Shown piece by piece: positions 1 to 8,956 of a DNA stretch of 64,000 nucleotides. The stretch is from a virus. The translations under genes and the position numbers were made by a program. The DNA is taken from positions 56,718-120,717 of the IMG/VR virus record IMGVR_UViG_3300009503_000020; one strand, given 5' to 3'. Below the pieces are notes generated by a model, which had not been told where the DNA came from, did no database searches, and worked only from the letters and a program-made list of their open reading frames with translations. Within the stretch, counting starts at the first letter, position 1, and each line of letters opens with the position of its first letter.

Positions 1-2
1 TT

Positions 3-512
3 TATTCTGTCTATGCAATACATGGTTCTACAGGAGCAACAGTCTACAAAGCTTCACAACTTGGTAAGATGTTTAGCAACATTCACACTTCACTAGCAGT
101 ACATGGACATAACCACCAGATCTTTAAAGATCATAGAACATATTATGGGGTAAGAGAGGCAGGAGGCAAATACTATATTTCAGTTCATGAACAGTATTGG
201 CTCACTACAGGATGCTTTGTAAAGAATCTAGGATATGCTGAAGCCAAGTCTATGCCAGTAACTAAGATAGGAGCTCCATTTGTAAGGTTCTATGCTAACA
301 GAGAAGCAATAGAGATAATAGATGACCCAAGGATAACCTATAGTGTAGGAACAGGAAGTGAAGCAAGATTAGAGGACTTAGGTCTAGCTGGACTTGACTT
401 GTCAAAATATGAAGAGAGAGCAGGATTTGGTGGGACAGAAGTAGTCAAGAAGAGATGGAATGAGGTGAAGTTATGCCCTTCAGAGAAATTAAACGAGGAG
501 CAGGAAAGCTAG
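3..512 (+). CDS. Calcineurin-like metallophosphoesterase, 5'-truncated by window edge
   Basis: Frame is open from position 3 (YSVYAIHGSTG...) into the listed ORF. HG and GHNH motifs fit the late motifs of calcineurin-like phosphoesterases. Confidence 0.55.
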   Translation, partial: YSVYAIHGSTGATVYKASQLGKMFSNIHTSLAVHGHNHQIFKDHRTYYGVREAGGKYYISVHEQYWLTTGCFVKNLGYAEAKSMPVTKIGAPFVRFYANREAIEIIDDPRITYSVGTGSEARLEDLGLAGLDLSKYEERAGFGGTEVVKKRWNEVKLCPSEKLNEEQES

Positions 513-769
513 TAATCAGATCTGAAGGATATATCAAGATACCTATCCTTTATAGGCACGAATTCTCTAAGAATGTGAAGATCTTATTTGATCCAGAACA
601 GAATCTTCTAGCCTTGCAACCATCTAATGACTTAGGTGATTATCCTATTACAAGATGGAGAATCTTCTGCACACAGTTCCTAAGAACCTACAAGATCTCC
701 TCTCAAGAAATAGAAACCGTATGGGATAGAAAGAACAAGTACTTAATAGCAAGAGTAAAACGAGGCTAG
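473..769 (+). CDS. Hypothetical protein, possibly AbrB/SpoVT-like
   Basis: GYIKIPILYRHEF followed by a short beta-rich stretch resembles the AbrB-type motif. Operonic overlap with the upstream gene. Confidence 0.35.
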   Translation: MPFREIKRGAGKLVIRSEGYIKIPILYRHEFSKNVKILFDPEQNLLALQPSNDLGDYPITRWRIFCTQFLRTYKISSQEIETVWDRKNKYLIARVKRG

Positions 770-780
770 GAAGTGTAGAC

Positions 781-1038
781 ATGGAACCTTTAGAACTTGT
801 GTTCAATCTAATAAATGTAGGATTCATAGGTAGTTTTGCTATCTATAGAACATATGTCAATTATAAGTCTCTGAAAGTGCAACAGGTAATGCTAGAAGAA
901 TCAAGAGACTATTGGAACAGTTGGAAAGAGAGAAGCAAGGATGTAGCTAGGAAGGTATTAGAGGAGATCTCTACTGAAGATTTGAAAGCAGAACTTAGAA
1001 AAAGGCAAAGAGTGAGAAAGATAAAGAGGAGAAGTTGA
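781..1038 (+). CDS. Small membrane protein with charged C-terminus
   Basis: N-terminal hydrophobic segment (LVFNLINVGFIGSFAIY) followed by a coiled/basic tail. Confidence 0.55.
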   Translation: MEPLELVFNLINVGFIGSFAIYRTYVNYKSLKVQQVMLEESRDYWNSWKERSKDVARKVLEEISTEDLKAELRKRQRVRKIKRRS

Positions 1039-1039
1039 A

Positions 1040-1513
1040 ATGTCTGAGCAGAAAAGAGTACCCAAATATGAAATTCTTAGGCAGATGAGGAAAAGGAAAA
1101 GAAGAGTGAAAATACAGTGTCCTATCTGTAAGGTAGAAATGAAGAGGAAAGGAAAGAAAGGAAGAGATGAGTATTTCAAGTGTCCTAAATGTAAAGGGAA
1201 ACTGTTTAGCAATGGTATCTTTAAACAAGCTGTACCAAAAGATTCTCTAGACATTAGAAATTATCAGTTGAAGGAAGAGAGGAAAGAAATAGCTCTTAGG
1301 AAGTTAATTAGGAGACTTAAGAAAGAAAAATACTTAGGATATCACACCTTCCAGTGGGAAGGAAAGATAATAGACTTAAATGACTATGATGTGGATGGTA
1401 TCTCTTTTGCAGAGAAGAAGGAGGCAGAAGAAGCTAGGAAGAAACAAGAAGAGGAACTAAAGCAAAAGCAAGAACAAGAACAGAAAGAGGAAGGAAAACA
1501 GAATGTGTCGTAA
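1040..1513 (+). CDS. Zinc-ribbon protein
   Basis: CPIC...CPKC pair; tight spacing with neighbours. Confidence 0.6.
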   Translation: MSEQKRVPKYEILRQMRKRKRRVKIQCPICKVEMKRKGKKGRDEYFKCPKCKGKLFSNGIFKQAVPKDSLDIRNYQLKEERKEIALRKLIRRLKKEKYLGYHTFQWEGKIIDLNDYDVDGISFAEKKEAEEARKKQEEELKQKQEQEQKEEGKQNVS

Positions 1514-1916
1514 CTGTGCATTTGCAATAGGAGACTCACCAAGCAACAGTGAAGAGTGCTCTATTTGTCTACGAAATCCAAAGATAATCTCTCAAAAATT
1601 TGAACCTAAGATATACAATGAAGAGCAGATAGATAGACCAATTGATATGTATGTCTCAAAGGAGTTCTGGAGAATACTTCAATCAGTAATCCTAAAAAGA
1701 ATAACAAAAGCACTCTCTCAAAGAGATAAGGAAGTCATTCCTTGGTTCCCTTGGTATCCAACAACTTGGAATGACAACACTTGGAGCTTCCACCTAGTAG
1801 AAGAGGATCCTGTAAACTATGAGGTTAAAATCTCTACTCCTATTCCAATAGAGAAAAAGAACAGGAGAAGGAAAGGAAGGAAGAATGAAACTAAACAAGT
1901 CCCCATTCACAGTTAA
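1503..1916 (+). CDS. Hypothetical Cys4 zinc-finger protein
   Basis: CRNC...CSIC at the N-terminus; overlaps both neighbours. Confidence 0.55.
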   Translation: MCRNCAFAIGDSPSNSEECSICLRNPKIISQKFEPKIYNEEQIDRPIDMYVSKEFWRILQSVILKRITKALSQRDKEVIPWFPWYPTTWNDNTWSFHLVEEDPVNYEVKISTPIPIEKKNRRRKGRKNETKQVPIHS

Positions 1917-3078
1917 GTTCTTTAAACAAGCATATGATACTTACAGAGAACCAGGATTGTTCTGGGCAACTCTAACTCTATTCTCTTCTTGTTTTGTAGT
2001 TACCAATGACAAGTGGTTGTTAATGAAGTTTGGTTCCTCAGGTGTAGGAAAGACAATAAGTGATAGAGTAGCAATAGAGTGTTTTGGTAGTAGATTAAAC
2101 CCACTAGTTATCTCAGGAAGACTAACTCCTGCAGGGATGGCTAAGGTAATGAAGAAAGCAGAGAAGAGTCCAGAGGCTAAGAATAACTTGGAAAGGTTCA
2201 GACAAGCTAAACTGATATTTGTAGAAGACCTTAGCAGGTGCACTACTCACTACTTGAAACTAGCATCTCTACAGTTCTTAGCAGGTTTAACTAAGACTAC
2301 ATCTTTAGATGACCTCACTTCTGAAGGAGGAACATTTGGAGGAGACTTAGGACCTGAACCAAAGAAGAGCATGGTAGCTGGAACTCCTTCAGACTGGGAA
2401 GAGATAGCATCTACTTCACTATACAATGAATTCATAGACAGGAGATCATTAACTGGAATCTCTCTCATGTCACCTAGAGAGTGGCAAGCAAGAGAGCAGC
2501 TAGCAAAGCAACAGAAACTGCTGAAGGAAGACTGGCAGATTATCCTAAGCTGGAAAGATATGATAAGAAGTGTGGATGTTCAGACTTACTATGGTCCAAT
2601 GAAACTCCCAGAACATGGTTCTCACAGGCTATTACTGTATGAGAAGCTCTCTGCCTTCAAACGCTTTCCTGAGAATGTTCTCCTAATGATAGATTCTCTT
2701 GCTGAAGGACATGCTAGACTTAACAGTAGAGATCAGGTTATACCAGAGGATTATGAAGTAATCAACAAGCTATTCTCTAGACTATTAACAATAGCAGATA
2801 TGAAGAAGAAGGAGTTGTTTATAGTAGAGGAGTTGGTTAGATCTCATGGCATGCTTGCCCTCGAAGAACTTTGTTACAGGCTACGCAAGAGAGCTAGGAA
2901 CGAAGATCTACCAGACTTGATGATAGTAGAAAAGACAATAAGTAACTATGCTAATGCTTCTAAATATCTGAATAAGACAAGAGCATGTAAGAACAAACCA
3001 GCTTACATACTGCTATCACAAGCATTGAGAGATCTCTTCAATAATTGGGACAAGGAAGTTAAGGAGATGCTTAGATAA
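1885..3078 (+). CDS. MCM-like AAA+ ATPase/helicase lacking the N-terminal domain
   Basis: Walker A GSSGVGKT, GRLTPAGM (cf. the MCM AGLTA motif), atypical Walker B FVED. The HARLNSRDQVIPEDYE helix resembles MCM sensor-2; probable C-terminal winged helix. Confidence 0.6.
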   Translation: MKLNKSPFTVKFFKQAYDTYREPGLFWATLTLFSSCFVVTNDKWLLMKFGSSGVGKTISDRVAIECFGSRLNPLVISGRLTPAGMAKVMKKAEKSPEAKNNLERFRQAKLIFVEDLSRCTTHYLKLASLQFLAGLTKTTSLDDLTSEGGTFGGDLGPEPKKSMVAGTPSDWEEIASTSLYNEFIDRRSLTGISLMSPREWQAREQLAKQQKLLKEDWQIILSWKDMIRSVDVQTYYGPMKLPEHGSHRLLLYEKLSAFKRFPENVLLMIDSLAEGHARLNSRDQVIPEDYEVINKLFSRLLTIADMKKKELFIVEELVRSHGMLALEELCYRLRKRARNEDLPDLMIVEKTISNYANASKYLNKTRACKNKPAYILLSQALRDLFNNWDKEVKEMLR

Positions 3079-3269
3079 TGTTGTCTAGAATTAAACATGC
3101 AATTGATATTAAGGACTGGACTAAGGAAGAGATAGCAAATAAACTGCAAGAGATTGTTCTAAAAGAACAAGGTCTAACATGGATAAGAGTAGAACCGCTT
3201 CTCATTGAGTATGAAACTGTCCTAGATCAACCTCTAAAGTTTAATCCAAGTTTGAGGCATTCAAAATGA
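3078..3269 (+). CDS. Hypothetical protein
   Basis: 63-aa ORF overlapping both neighbours at stop/start. Confidence 0.5.
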   Translation: MLSRIKHAIDIKDWTKEEIANKLQEIVLKEQGLTWIRVEPLLIEYETVLDQPLKFNPSLRHSK

Positions 3270-3964
3270 AAGAAGCTATTGTTCTTGCTGGTGGTAAAGG
3301 CTTAAGACTTAAAGGACAGATAGATGTACCTAAGCCTTTCTTGATAGTGCATCCAGAAACTGGAGAGACACTTTTAGAAGCACAGTTGAAGTGGTTAACT
3401 GCATATGACTTTGAACATGTCATTGTAGCTATTTCAAGAGAGAACTTCAAGTTCATGAGAGTAAACTATGCTAAACTCTTGAATATACCTTGGTTGGATA
3501 CTTCTATAGAAGAAGAACAACTGGGTACAGGAGGAGGACTCAAGAAAGCTTTAGACTTAGTTGAAGAGCCTGATTTCTATTGTATGAATTTAGATGATGT
3601 GTGTTTCTTTGACCCCACTGAGTTGTTTAATGCACAGAAAGGATTAAATGCTATCTTAATCCAACAAGCTAAACTACCATTTGGAGCAGTGCAGGTAGGG
3701 GAAGATATGAAGGTAATAGACTTCATAGAGAAACCTCTTATTGATAAGTTTGTATCTTGTGGTCACTATGCTTTCAATAGAAAACAGATAGAACCTTATT
3801 TGCCAGATGAGGGAGACTTGGAAATGACTCTCCTCAAAGCCTTAGCGAAGAATAATCTCCTATATGCACATATCTTGAAAGGAAAGTGGATAACAATTAA
3901 TACATATAAAGAGCTACTTGAAGCAAGAGGGATTATGAATGAGTCAAGAGAAGAGCAAGACTGA
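3266..3964 (+). CDS. Sugar-phosphate nucleotidyltransferase (NTP_transferase family)
   Basis: AIVLAGGKGLRL, LGTGGGL, NLDD and FIEKP motifs. Confidence 0.9.
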   Translation: MKEAIVLAGGKGLRLKGQIDVPKPFLIVHPETGETLLEAQLKWLTAYDFEHVIVAISRENFKFMRVNYAKLLNIPWLDTSIEEEQLGTGGGLKKALDLVEEPDFYCMNLDDVCFFDPTELFNAQKGLNAILIQQAKLPFGAVQVGEDMKVIDFIEKPLIDKFVSCGHYAFNRKQIEPYLPDEGDLEMTLLKALAKNNLLYAHILKGKWITINTYKELLEARGIMNESREEQD

Positions 3965-4175
3965 ACCTGAAAGTCTAAAGAATCCGTCTTTTAAAGTGAC
4001 TAAAGAAGAGTCTGTGGAGAGAGAGAAATTAGAAGAATTGAGGCTTTACCTTAATCACCTTAGGCGAGAGAATGAAGACATTAGAGAGCAGTGGCACAGA
4101 TACTATTCAAGAGCTTGCCTGGTCTTCTTCATAACAGGAATTCTGATAGGGTTTATTGTAGGGATGCTACTGTGA
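3939..4175 (+). CDS. Small protein with C-terminal transmembrane helix
   Basis: C-terminal ACLVFFITGILIGFIVGMLL. Confidence 0.55.
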   Translation: MSQEKSKTEPESLKNPSFKVTKEESVEREKLEELRLYLNHLRRENEDIREQWHRYYSRACLVFFITGILIGFIVGMLL

Positions 4176-4414
4176 TAGACCACCTAAGTGAAGAATTGAA
4201 TTGGATTAAAGAGAACATAAAAGGAGTGCTGAAGTATCCATATTTCTTTACAGGAGATACTCTAGTAATTTCTTCAGAAGACGTTCCTAGAGTGGAAAGA
4301 CGTTTAAAGGAACGGATCTGGATAGACCGAAATGGGCAAAGGAGATTATGGTTCCACAAGATAATCATATATCACTCTCAGGAGGAATATGCATGGTTGA
4401 GAATACTGAAATAG
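4172..4414 (+). CDS. Hypothetical protein
   Basis: GTG start in a GTGA overlap with the upstream stop; in frame with listed ORF 4091..4414. Confidence 0.5.
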   Translation: MIDHLSEELNWIKENIKGVLKYPYFFTGDTLVISSEDVPRVERRLKERIWIDRNGQRRLWFHKIIIYHSQEEYAWLRILK

Positions 4415-4761
4415 AAGAACTAGCTGCTGAATTGAGAAAGCATTTCAAGAGTGGACATCCTGACTTCTACACTCTACTAATTAAGATGGCAGAAATACAC
4501 AACATAAAGAATAAAGGATATGGTTTAGGAGACCCTCTTGGTAATTTTCTAGAATCAGAACGCTTTGGAGTGGAAGCTTGGAAAGGTTGCTTGGTTAGGC
4601 TCTCAGACAAGTGGAGTAGACTGTGCAATTTGGCTTCTAAACTAGAAGACCCAGAATATCAGGATGCAATCAAACTAGAGAATCTAGAGGATACTCTTAT
4701 AGACTTAGCTAACTATTCTCTCTTGTGTATAATTTTACTTAGGAGGAGATCCAAGGAATGA
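4393..4761 (+). CDS. DUF1599-like / nucleotide-modification-associated helical domain (MazG-like fold)
   Basis: KNKGYG...RLSDKWSRL...LEDTLIDLANYSLLCIILL pattern; GGAGG RBS at 4381. Confidence 0.65.
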   Translation: MVENTEIEELAAELRKHFKSGHPDFYTLLIKMAEIHNIKNKGYGLGDPLGNFLESERFGVEAWKGCLVRLSDKWSRLCNLASKLEDPEYQDAIKLENLEDTLIDLANYSLLCIILLRRRSKE

Positions 4762-4901
4762 GATGCCCCAAGTGCATGTCAACAGACATAGACCAATGCC
4801 CTACTTGTAGGAAAGGATTAAAGAAATGTAAGAACTGTGGCTTTGTAGCTGAACAGAAGTACTTTGAAGGAGAACCACTCCCATCTGAAAGGAAGGAATA
4901 G
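4758..4901 (+). CDS. 47-aa zinc-finger protein (not in ORF track)
   Basis: MRCPKC...CPTC...CKNC; ATGA overlap with the upstream stop; ends 1 nt before the next start. Confidence 0.6.
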   Translation: MRCPKCMSTDIDQCPTCRKGLKKCKNCGFVAEQKYFEGEPLPSERKE

Positions 4902-4902
4902 C

Positions 4903-5199
4903 ATGGATCTGCAAGAATATATAAAAAAATGTGGAGAGGCTGCCAACAAGAAAGGGTGGCTAGTTACCTGGGACATGTATCCTCCATATCTTTTAGCAAC
5001 TATAGATGAACTGACAGACTCCTTTGAATCTGGGTGGAGAGATGACAACAAGGAGAAAGCCTTTGAAGAACTAGGAGATGCTCTTGTGAGGCTATTTCAT
5101 ATTATACATGATTTAGATATTCCAATTGAAGACATACTTAGAAAGATAATGCAAGAAAATGAAACAAGACCATATCTCCACAATCACAAGAGGATTTAA
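4903..5199 (+). CDS. mazG: MazG-like NTP pyrophosphohydrolase
   Basis: DELTD...EELGDALVRLF acidic motif, with a C-terminal ENETRPYLHNHK typical of phage MazG-like proteins. Confidence 0.75.
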   Translation: MDLQEYIKKCGEAANKKGWLVTWDMYPPYLLATIDELTDSFESGWRDDNKEKAFEELGDALVRLFHIIHDLDIPIEDILRKIMQENETRPYLHNHKRI

Positions 5200-5240
5200 A
5201 TAGAAGAGAAGCCTACAGTAAGAGCTGCAAAGGGACCAAC

Positions 5241-5492
5241 ATGGATCATCTAGTTGAGAGATATATGGATGAAGAGACTATTCGTGTGTTCTGTTTCTTT
5301 CTAAAGAATAAATTCAATCCTAAAGATAAAGTCTGTGAAGGCTGTGCACGTTATGCATTGTGTAGCAATGATGCCTTCAAGATGCTTTCTTTTCTAGGAT
5401 ATATACCTTGGCTAGAAAAAGACAACAACGAAATTTCAACATTAATTGAGAAGATGTATGGTCATCAAAGATGCAAACAGTGTCTGATATGA
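5241..5492 (+). CDS. Hypothetical Cys-containing protein
   Basis: Follows a TTTAAATAG TATA-like box at about 5195; FC...CEGC...C. Confidence 0.5.
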   Translation: MDHLVERYMDEETIRVFCFFLKNKFNPKDKVCEGCARYALCSNDAFKMLSFLGYIPWLEKDNNEISTLIEKMYGHQRCKQCLI

Positions 5493-5668
5493 AACCTCAA
5501 TGTAATGCTTGTCTCAAATTTATAGACATATCAGAGTATCTTGAGAATGGTGGTTACTGTAAAGAATGCTCTAAGGAAGTAGATAGAATCTACAAGGAAG
5601 AAGGAAGTAATGGAGTCAGAAGATACATTATCAGAAAAAGAAAAGAAGCTATGCAAGAACAACTTTGA
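5471..5668 (+). CDS. Small zinc-finger protein
   Basis: CNAC...CKEC; may start at 5489. Confidence 0.5.
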   Translation: MQTVSDMKPQCNACLKFIDISEYLENGGYCKECSKEVDRIYKEEGSNGVRRYIIRKRKEAMQEQL

Positions 5669-5825
5669 GTGCTTTGGAGAATATGGTACTAGATTAGATT
5701 GCAAAGAATGTCCTCAGAGCCTAGCATGCAGAAACTTTTCTCACAGTTTACAAGAAGGCTTATATCTCCGAAACAAGACCAAATACAAAGGAAGAGGGAA
5801 GACTAGAAGAAAAGATAAGTATTAG
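5610..5825 (+). CDS. Small Cys-rich protein
   Basis: CFGEY...CKECPQSLAC pattern and a basic tail. Confidence 0.5.
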   Translation: MESEDTLSEKEKKLCKNNFECFGEYGTRLDCKECPQSLACRNFSHSLQEGLYLRNKTKYKGRGKTRRKDKY

Positions 5826-5828
5826 AGG

Positions 5829-7802
5829 ATGGAAGCTTTGCAGGTATTAAGCAAGAAAGAGATTATGGAATTAAAGAAGAAAATAGAACCTATAAAGAAA
5901 CTAGCTCTGCATGACGATGCAGATGGTGTAACTTCTGCAGTACTTATGTCTTATGTGTTTAAGATAAACAAAGTATGGGCTCCAGATGACTTTGGAGAGT
6001 GGCCTGTTGCTCCTTATAAAGTTCAAGGGCAAGAACAACTAGAGCTTCCACCAGATGTTTGTGTGGATATGGTACCAGCTAATCCTGAATGGGTTGGTTT
6101 AGCAATAGACCACCATCCAAATCACCCTCCTGAAGGAAAGAGAAGTTACCAGCTTATCTATGGAGAAGCACCTGCTTCTGTTATTGTCTATACTCTCTTT
6201 AAAGAATTAATTCCACAAGAACATAGATGGAAAGTAGTAGTTGGCTGCCTGTCCAAGGACACGGAAATACTTACTCCAAGTGGGCAAATTGAAATCAAAG
6301 ATCTTAATACTTTGGATTCTGGAATAGGTCTAGATGAACATGGAAAGCTTTGTAAAAATTTACTGTTTACAATACCTAAAGGACGGAAAGAACTGCTGCG
6401 AATCACTACCAGAAAGAGAGAGATATTAGTAACTCCTGAGCATAGGCTGTTTACACAAAGAGGTCTTGTTGAAGCAAAGGACTTAAATATTGGAGACTAC
6501 TTGGTGGTATACTTGAGGAGTTTAGATGACTTCTCAAAGAAAGTTAGAAGCAAACAGGAAGAATTTAGAGAAAGCACGCCAAGTCTTAAAACTATTAAGC
6601 GGAAATCCCAGCTGGAAGAGCTGGTGGCTTGGGAGAGTGAAAGCATCAATTACAGAAGAGAAAAGACAGAAGCTCAGAGAAGCAGCTATGAAGAATGGAA
6701 CAAGAGAACGAATTCTTCTTCACAATCTCAGTCATCGAGAGACGAGAATGTGCCCAATATGTGGGAAAGAGTTTACGGTAAAGAAATCTTCAAGAAAGAA
6801 ATATTGCTCAATGAGATGCTCAGGCAAAGCAAACTTGAAGAACCTTGGCAAATATACAGGTTCACACAGTGGGCGAGAAAACCCAAATTGGAAAGGTGGA
6901 ACTTCAGCCAAGCCATATCATTGGGAAATGAAGAAAAAAGAATGGAGAAACCTTTTGTATCAGAAGGTCGGGTACAAATGTCAACTTTGTGGCAACAAAG
7001 GCAAACTCAACATTCATCACATAAACAGAGACAAGATGGATGGAAGGCCAGAGAATTTGCTTATACTCTGCCCAAGTTGTCATTTAAAAGTTCACAAATT
7101 GGTTTGGAAAGGATTGAAAGCATAGACTATGAGGGCAGAGAAGAAGTATTTGACATACACTGGGCCTCTACCAACAATTTCTTCTTAGCTAATGGAATTC
7201 TTTCCCACAATTGCGTTGGAGACGGACAACCAGAACTTATACCTCCAGAGATATGGAGAGAATTTCCTATCTTACTGGAAGAGTCTGTTACTCCAAGAGA
7301 GAGATATGGAAAGCTAGAGACTTCTAATTATCCTCTGTATTTAAGATTAAGTTCAGGCATCAATGCAGTATGTAAGATACCTGAGAAATGGTACGTAGGA
7401 TATGCTATATTACGCAATGCAAAGTCACCTTGGGATCTAATCAATGATTCCTCTCTTAAGTCTGCTAAAGAACTTGTTGAGAGTGAAAGAGAAAGGATCT
7501 ACAGGGAGACAAGTCCCATACAACTCAGAAATGGAATAAGAGTCTGGGCGTTCCAGTCTGAGACCAAGATAGAGAGAACTCTAGCTTGGGAAATGTGGGA
7601 TACTGACAAACGCACTATTGTAGCTATAAACTCTGCTACTGGAAGAGGTAGCATAAGAGGTACATTAGCTACTTTAGTGTATGAGCATTTGACTGCTCAT
7701 GGTTTCAAGGCAAGTGGACATCCAGGGTTTGGAGGTTTAAAACTTAAACCTGACCAGACTTGGGAGGATGTGTACCACTGTCTTGCAAATCTAAAGATTT
7801 AA
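5829..7802 (+). CDS. DHH/DHHA1 phosphoesterase (RecJ/GAN-like), intein-containing
   Basis: HDDADG and IDHH motifs. The spliced junction VVVG|CVGDG matches the RecJ GTxAD motif. C-terminal GRGSIRG and SGHPGFGG are DHHA1-like. Confidence 0.8.
   Translation: MEALQVLSKKEIMELKKKIEPIKKLALHDDADGVTSAVLMSYVFKINKVWAPDDFGEWPVAPYKVQGQEQLELPPDVCVDMVPANPEWVGLAIDHHPNHPPEGKRSYQLIYGEAPASVIVYTLFKELIPQEHRWKVVVGCLSKDTEILTPSGQIEIKDLNTLDSGIGLDEHGKLCKNLLFTIPKGRKELLRITTRKREILVTPEHRLFTQRGLVEAKDLNIGDYLVVYLRSLDDFSKKVRSKQEEFRESTPSLKTIKRKSQLEELVAWESESINYRREKTEAQRSSYEEWNKRTNSSSQSQSSRDENVPNMWERVYGKEIFKKEILLNEMLRQSKLEEPWQIYRFTQWARKPKLERWNFSQAISLGNEEKRMEKPFVSEGRVQMSTLWQQRQTQHSSHKQRQDGWKAREFAYTLPKLSFKSSQIGLERIESIDYEGREEVFDIHWASTNNFFLANGILSHNCVGDGQPELIPPEIWREFPILLEESVTPRERYGKLETSNYPLYLRLSSGINAVCKIPEKWYVGYAILRNAKSPWDLINDSSLKSAKELVESERERIYRETSPIQLRNGIRVWAFQSETKIERTLAWEMWDTDKRTIVAINSATGRGSIRGTLATLVYEHLTAHGFKASGHPGFGGLKLKPDQTWEDVYHCLANLKI
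6246..7211 (+). mobile_element. Intein (322 aa)
   Basis: Starts CLSKDTEIL (block A); VTPEHRLFT (block B); ends VFDI...NNFFLANGILSHN, followed by +1 Cys at 7212. Confidence 0.93.
6526..7125 (+). CDS. HNH homing endonuclease nested in the +1 frame inside the intein
   Basis: NUMOD3-like TEEKRQKLREA, CPICG...YCSMRC, GRENPNWKGG, CQLCG...IHHINRDKMDGRPENLLILCPSCHLKVH. Own GAGGAG RBS at 6515-6520. Confidence 0.88.
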   Translation: MTSQRKLEANRKNLEKARQVLKLLSGNPSWKSWWLGRVKASITEEKRQKLREAAMKNGTRERILLHNLSHRETRMCPICGKEFTVKKSSRKKYCSMRCSGKANLKNLGKYTGSHSGRENPNWKGGTSAKPYHWEMKKKEWRNLLYQKVGYKCQLCGNKGKLNIHHINRDKMDGRPENLLILCPSCHLKVHKLVWKGLKA

Positions 7803-7846
7803 ATAGCCCAGACAAAGAAATAAAATAAAATGGAGGAATAGGAAAG

Positions 7847-8956
7847 ATGGACAAGAAAGAGGAAGAAGCTCTGTTAAAGGCTTTTTCTAAGTCTACTGGT
7901 AAAACAGTTGCTCAGTTGAGACCACTGCTTGAGAAAGCTAAACAAGAAGCAAAAGAACTAGGCTCTGCAGACAATGACAATATAATCAAAGGTAGATTCA
8001 GAAGGAAAGTAAGTGCTCTACTTTTTGCAGAGAGAACAGGGAAGCCAGTAGCAAGAAAAGAACCTGTAGTTTTCAGAGGATTCCTGTTAGGTGCAGATGC
8101 AATTAGAGACATCAAAGAACAGATGAGAAGGAAAGCACTGAGATACTTTGATGAAGAAGGAGAGAATGCAAGGATAGAAGGTTATGTGGATGAAAATGGA
8201 ACTCCGCTTGACTGGAGACCTACAATTAGAAACAGACGGGGAGAAGAAGTAGAGAACCCTGATTTCCATAAGCCAATTATAGGACATAGATATGTCAGAG
8301 ATATCTTTGGTATAGTTAAGAAGGAAGGAGATGAGAAAGCAAAGCTGTTCCAAATGACTCTGTGGGGAGGATTTGCTTCTAAGTTCACTTATAGACCTTT
8401 TACTCCAGTAGAGTTCAAAGCTACTATCAAAGCAGAGGGAAGCCACTACATTCTCAACCCACCTAGAGTACAGAAAGGAGAGAAAGGATTCAAGAGTATA
8501 ACTATGGATATAAACTATGAACAGTGGATAAGAGAAGCGTTAGGTTCTAGAGAATACACACTAGATAAACTAGAGAAAGCAGTTGCAGATACTAAGAATG
8601 CTAAAGATCCTTGGATAATGGTCACAGGAATTGTGGACTTCATAGACCCGGAGATTAACCCAAAGACAGGTTCTAGAAATATCACAATAGTAGATGTAGA
8701 CTCAGGAATGACAGACACAGTAAGAGTTTTCATACCTAAAGACTTCCCACTAGCATTCAGAGAATATTCAAAGGTAATTGTCTTTGGTAGACCTAGATCT
8801 TGGAAGAGAGATGACGATACTGAAGAACACTACTCTATCAATGGAATAAGTGTTTATCCAATACCAGGAGAGACAGTAGAAGCACCAGTAGAAGCAAGTA
8901 AACCAGCTAGAGAAACAGAAACTAGTGAAGAGGAAGGATGGGATCTCTGGGAGTAA
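7847..8956 (+). CDS. Probable OB-fold single-stranded DNA-binding protein
   Basis: OB-like beta pattern (IMVTGIV...ITIVD...VRVF...KVIVFG), acidic aromatic C-tail (EEEGWDLWE), adjacent to the recombinase; TATA box at about 7798. Confidence 0.55.
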   Translation: MDKKEEEALLKAFSKSTGKTVAQLRPLLEKAKQEAKELGSADNDNIIKGRFRRKVSALLFAERTGKPVARKEPVVFRGFLLGADAIRDIKEQMRRKALRYFDEEGENARIEGYVDENGTPLDWRPTIRNRRGEEVENPDFHKPIIGHRYVRDIFGIVKKEGDEKAKLFQMTLWGGFASKFTYRPFTPVEFKATIKAEGSHYILNPPRVQKGEKGFKSITMDINYEQWIREALGSREYTLDKLEKAVADTKNAKDPWIMVTGIVDFIDPEINPKTGSRNITIVDVDSGMTDTVRVFIPKDFPLAFREYSKVIVFGRPRSWKRDDDTEEHYSINGISVYPIPGETVEAPVEASKPARETETSEEEGWDLWE

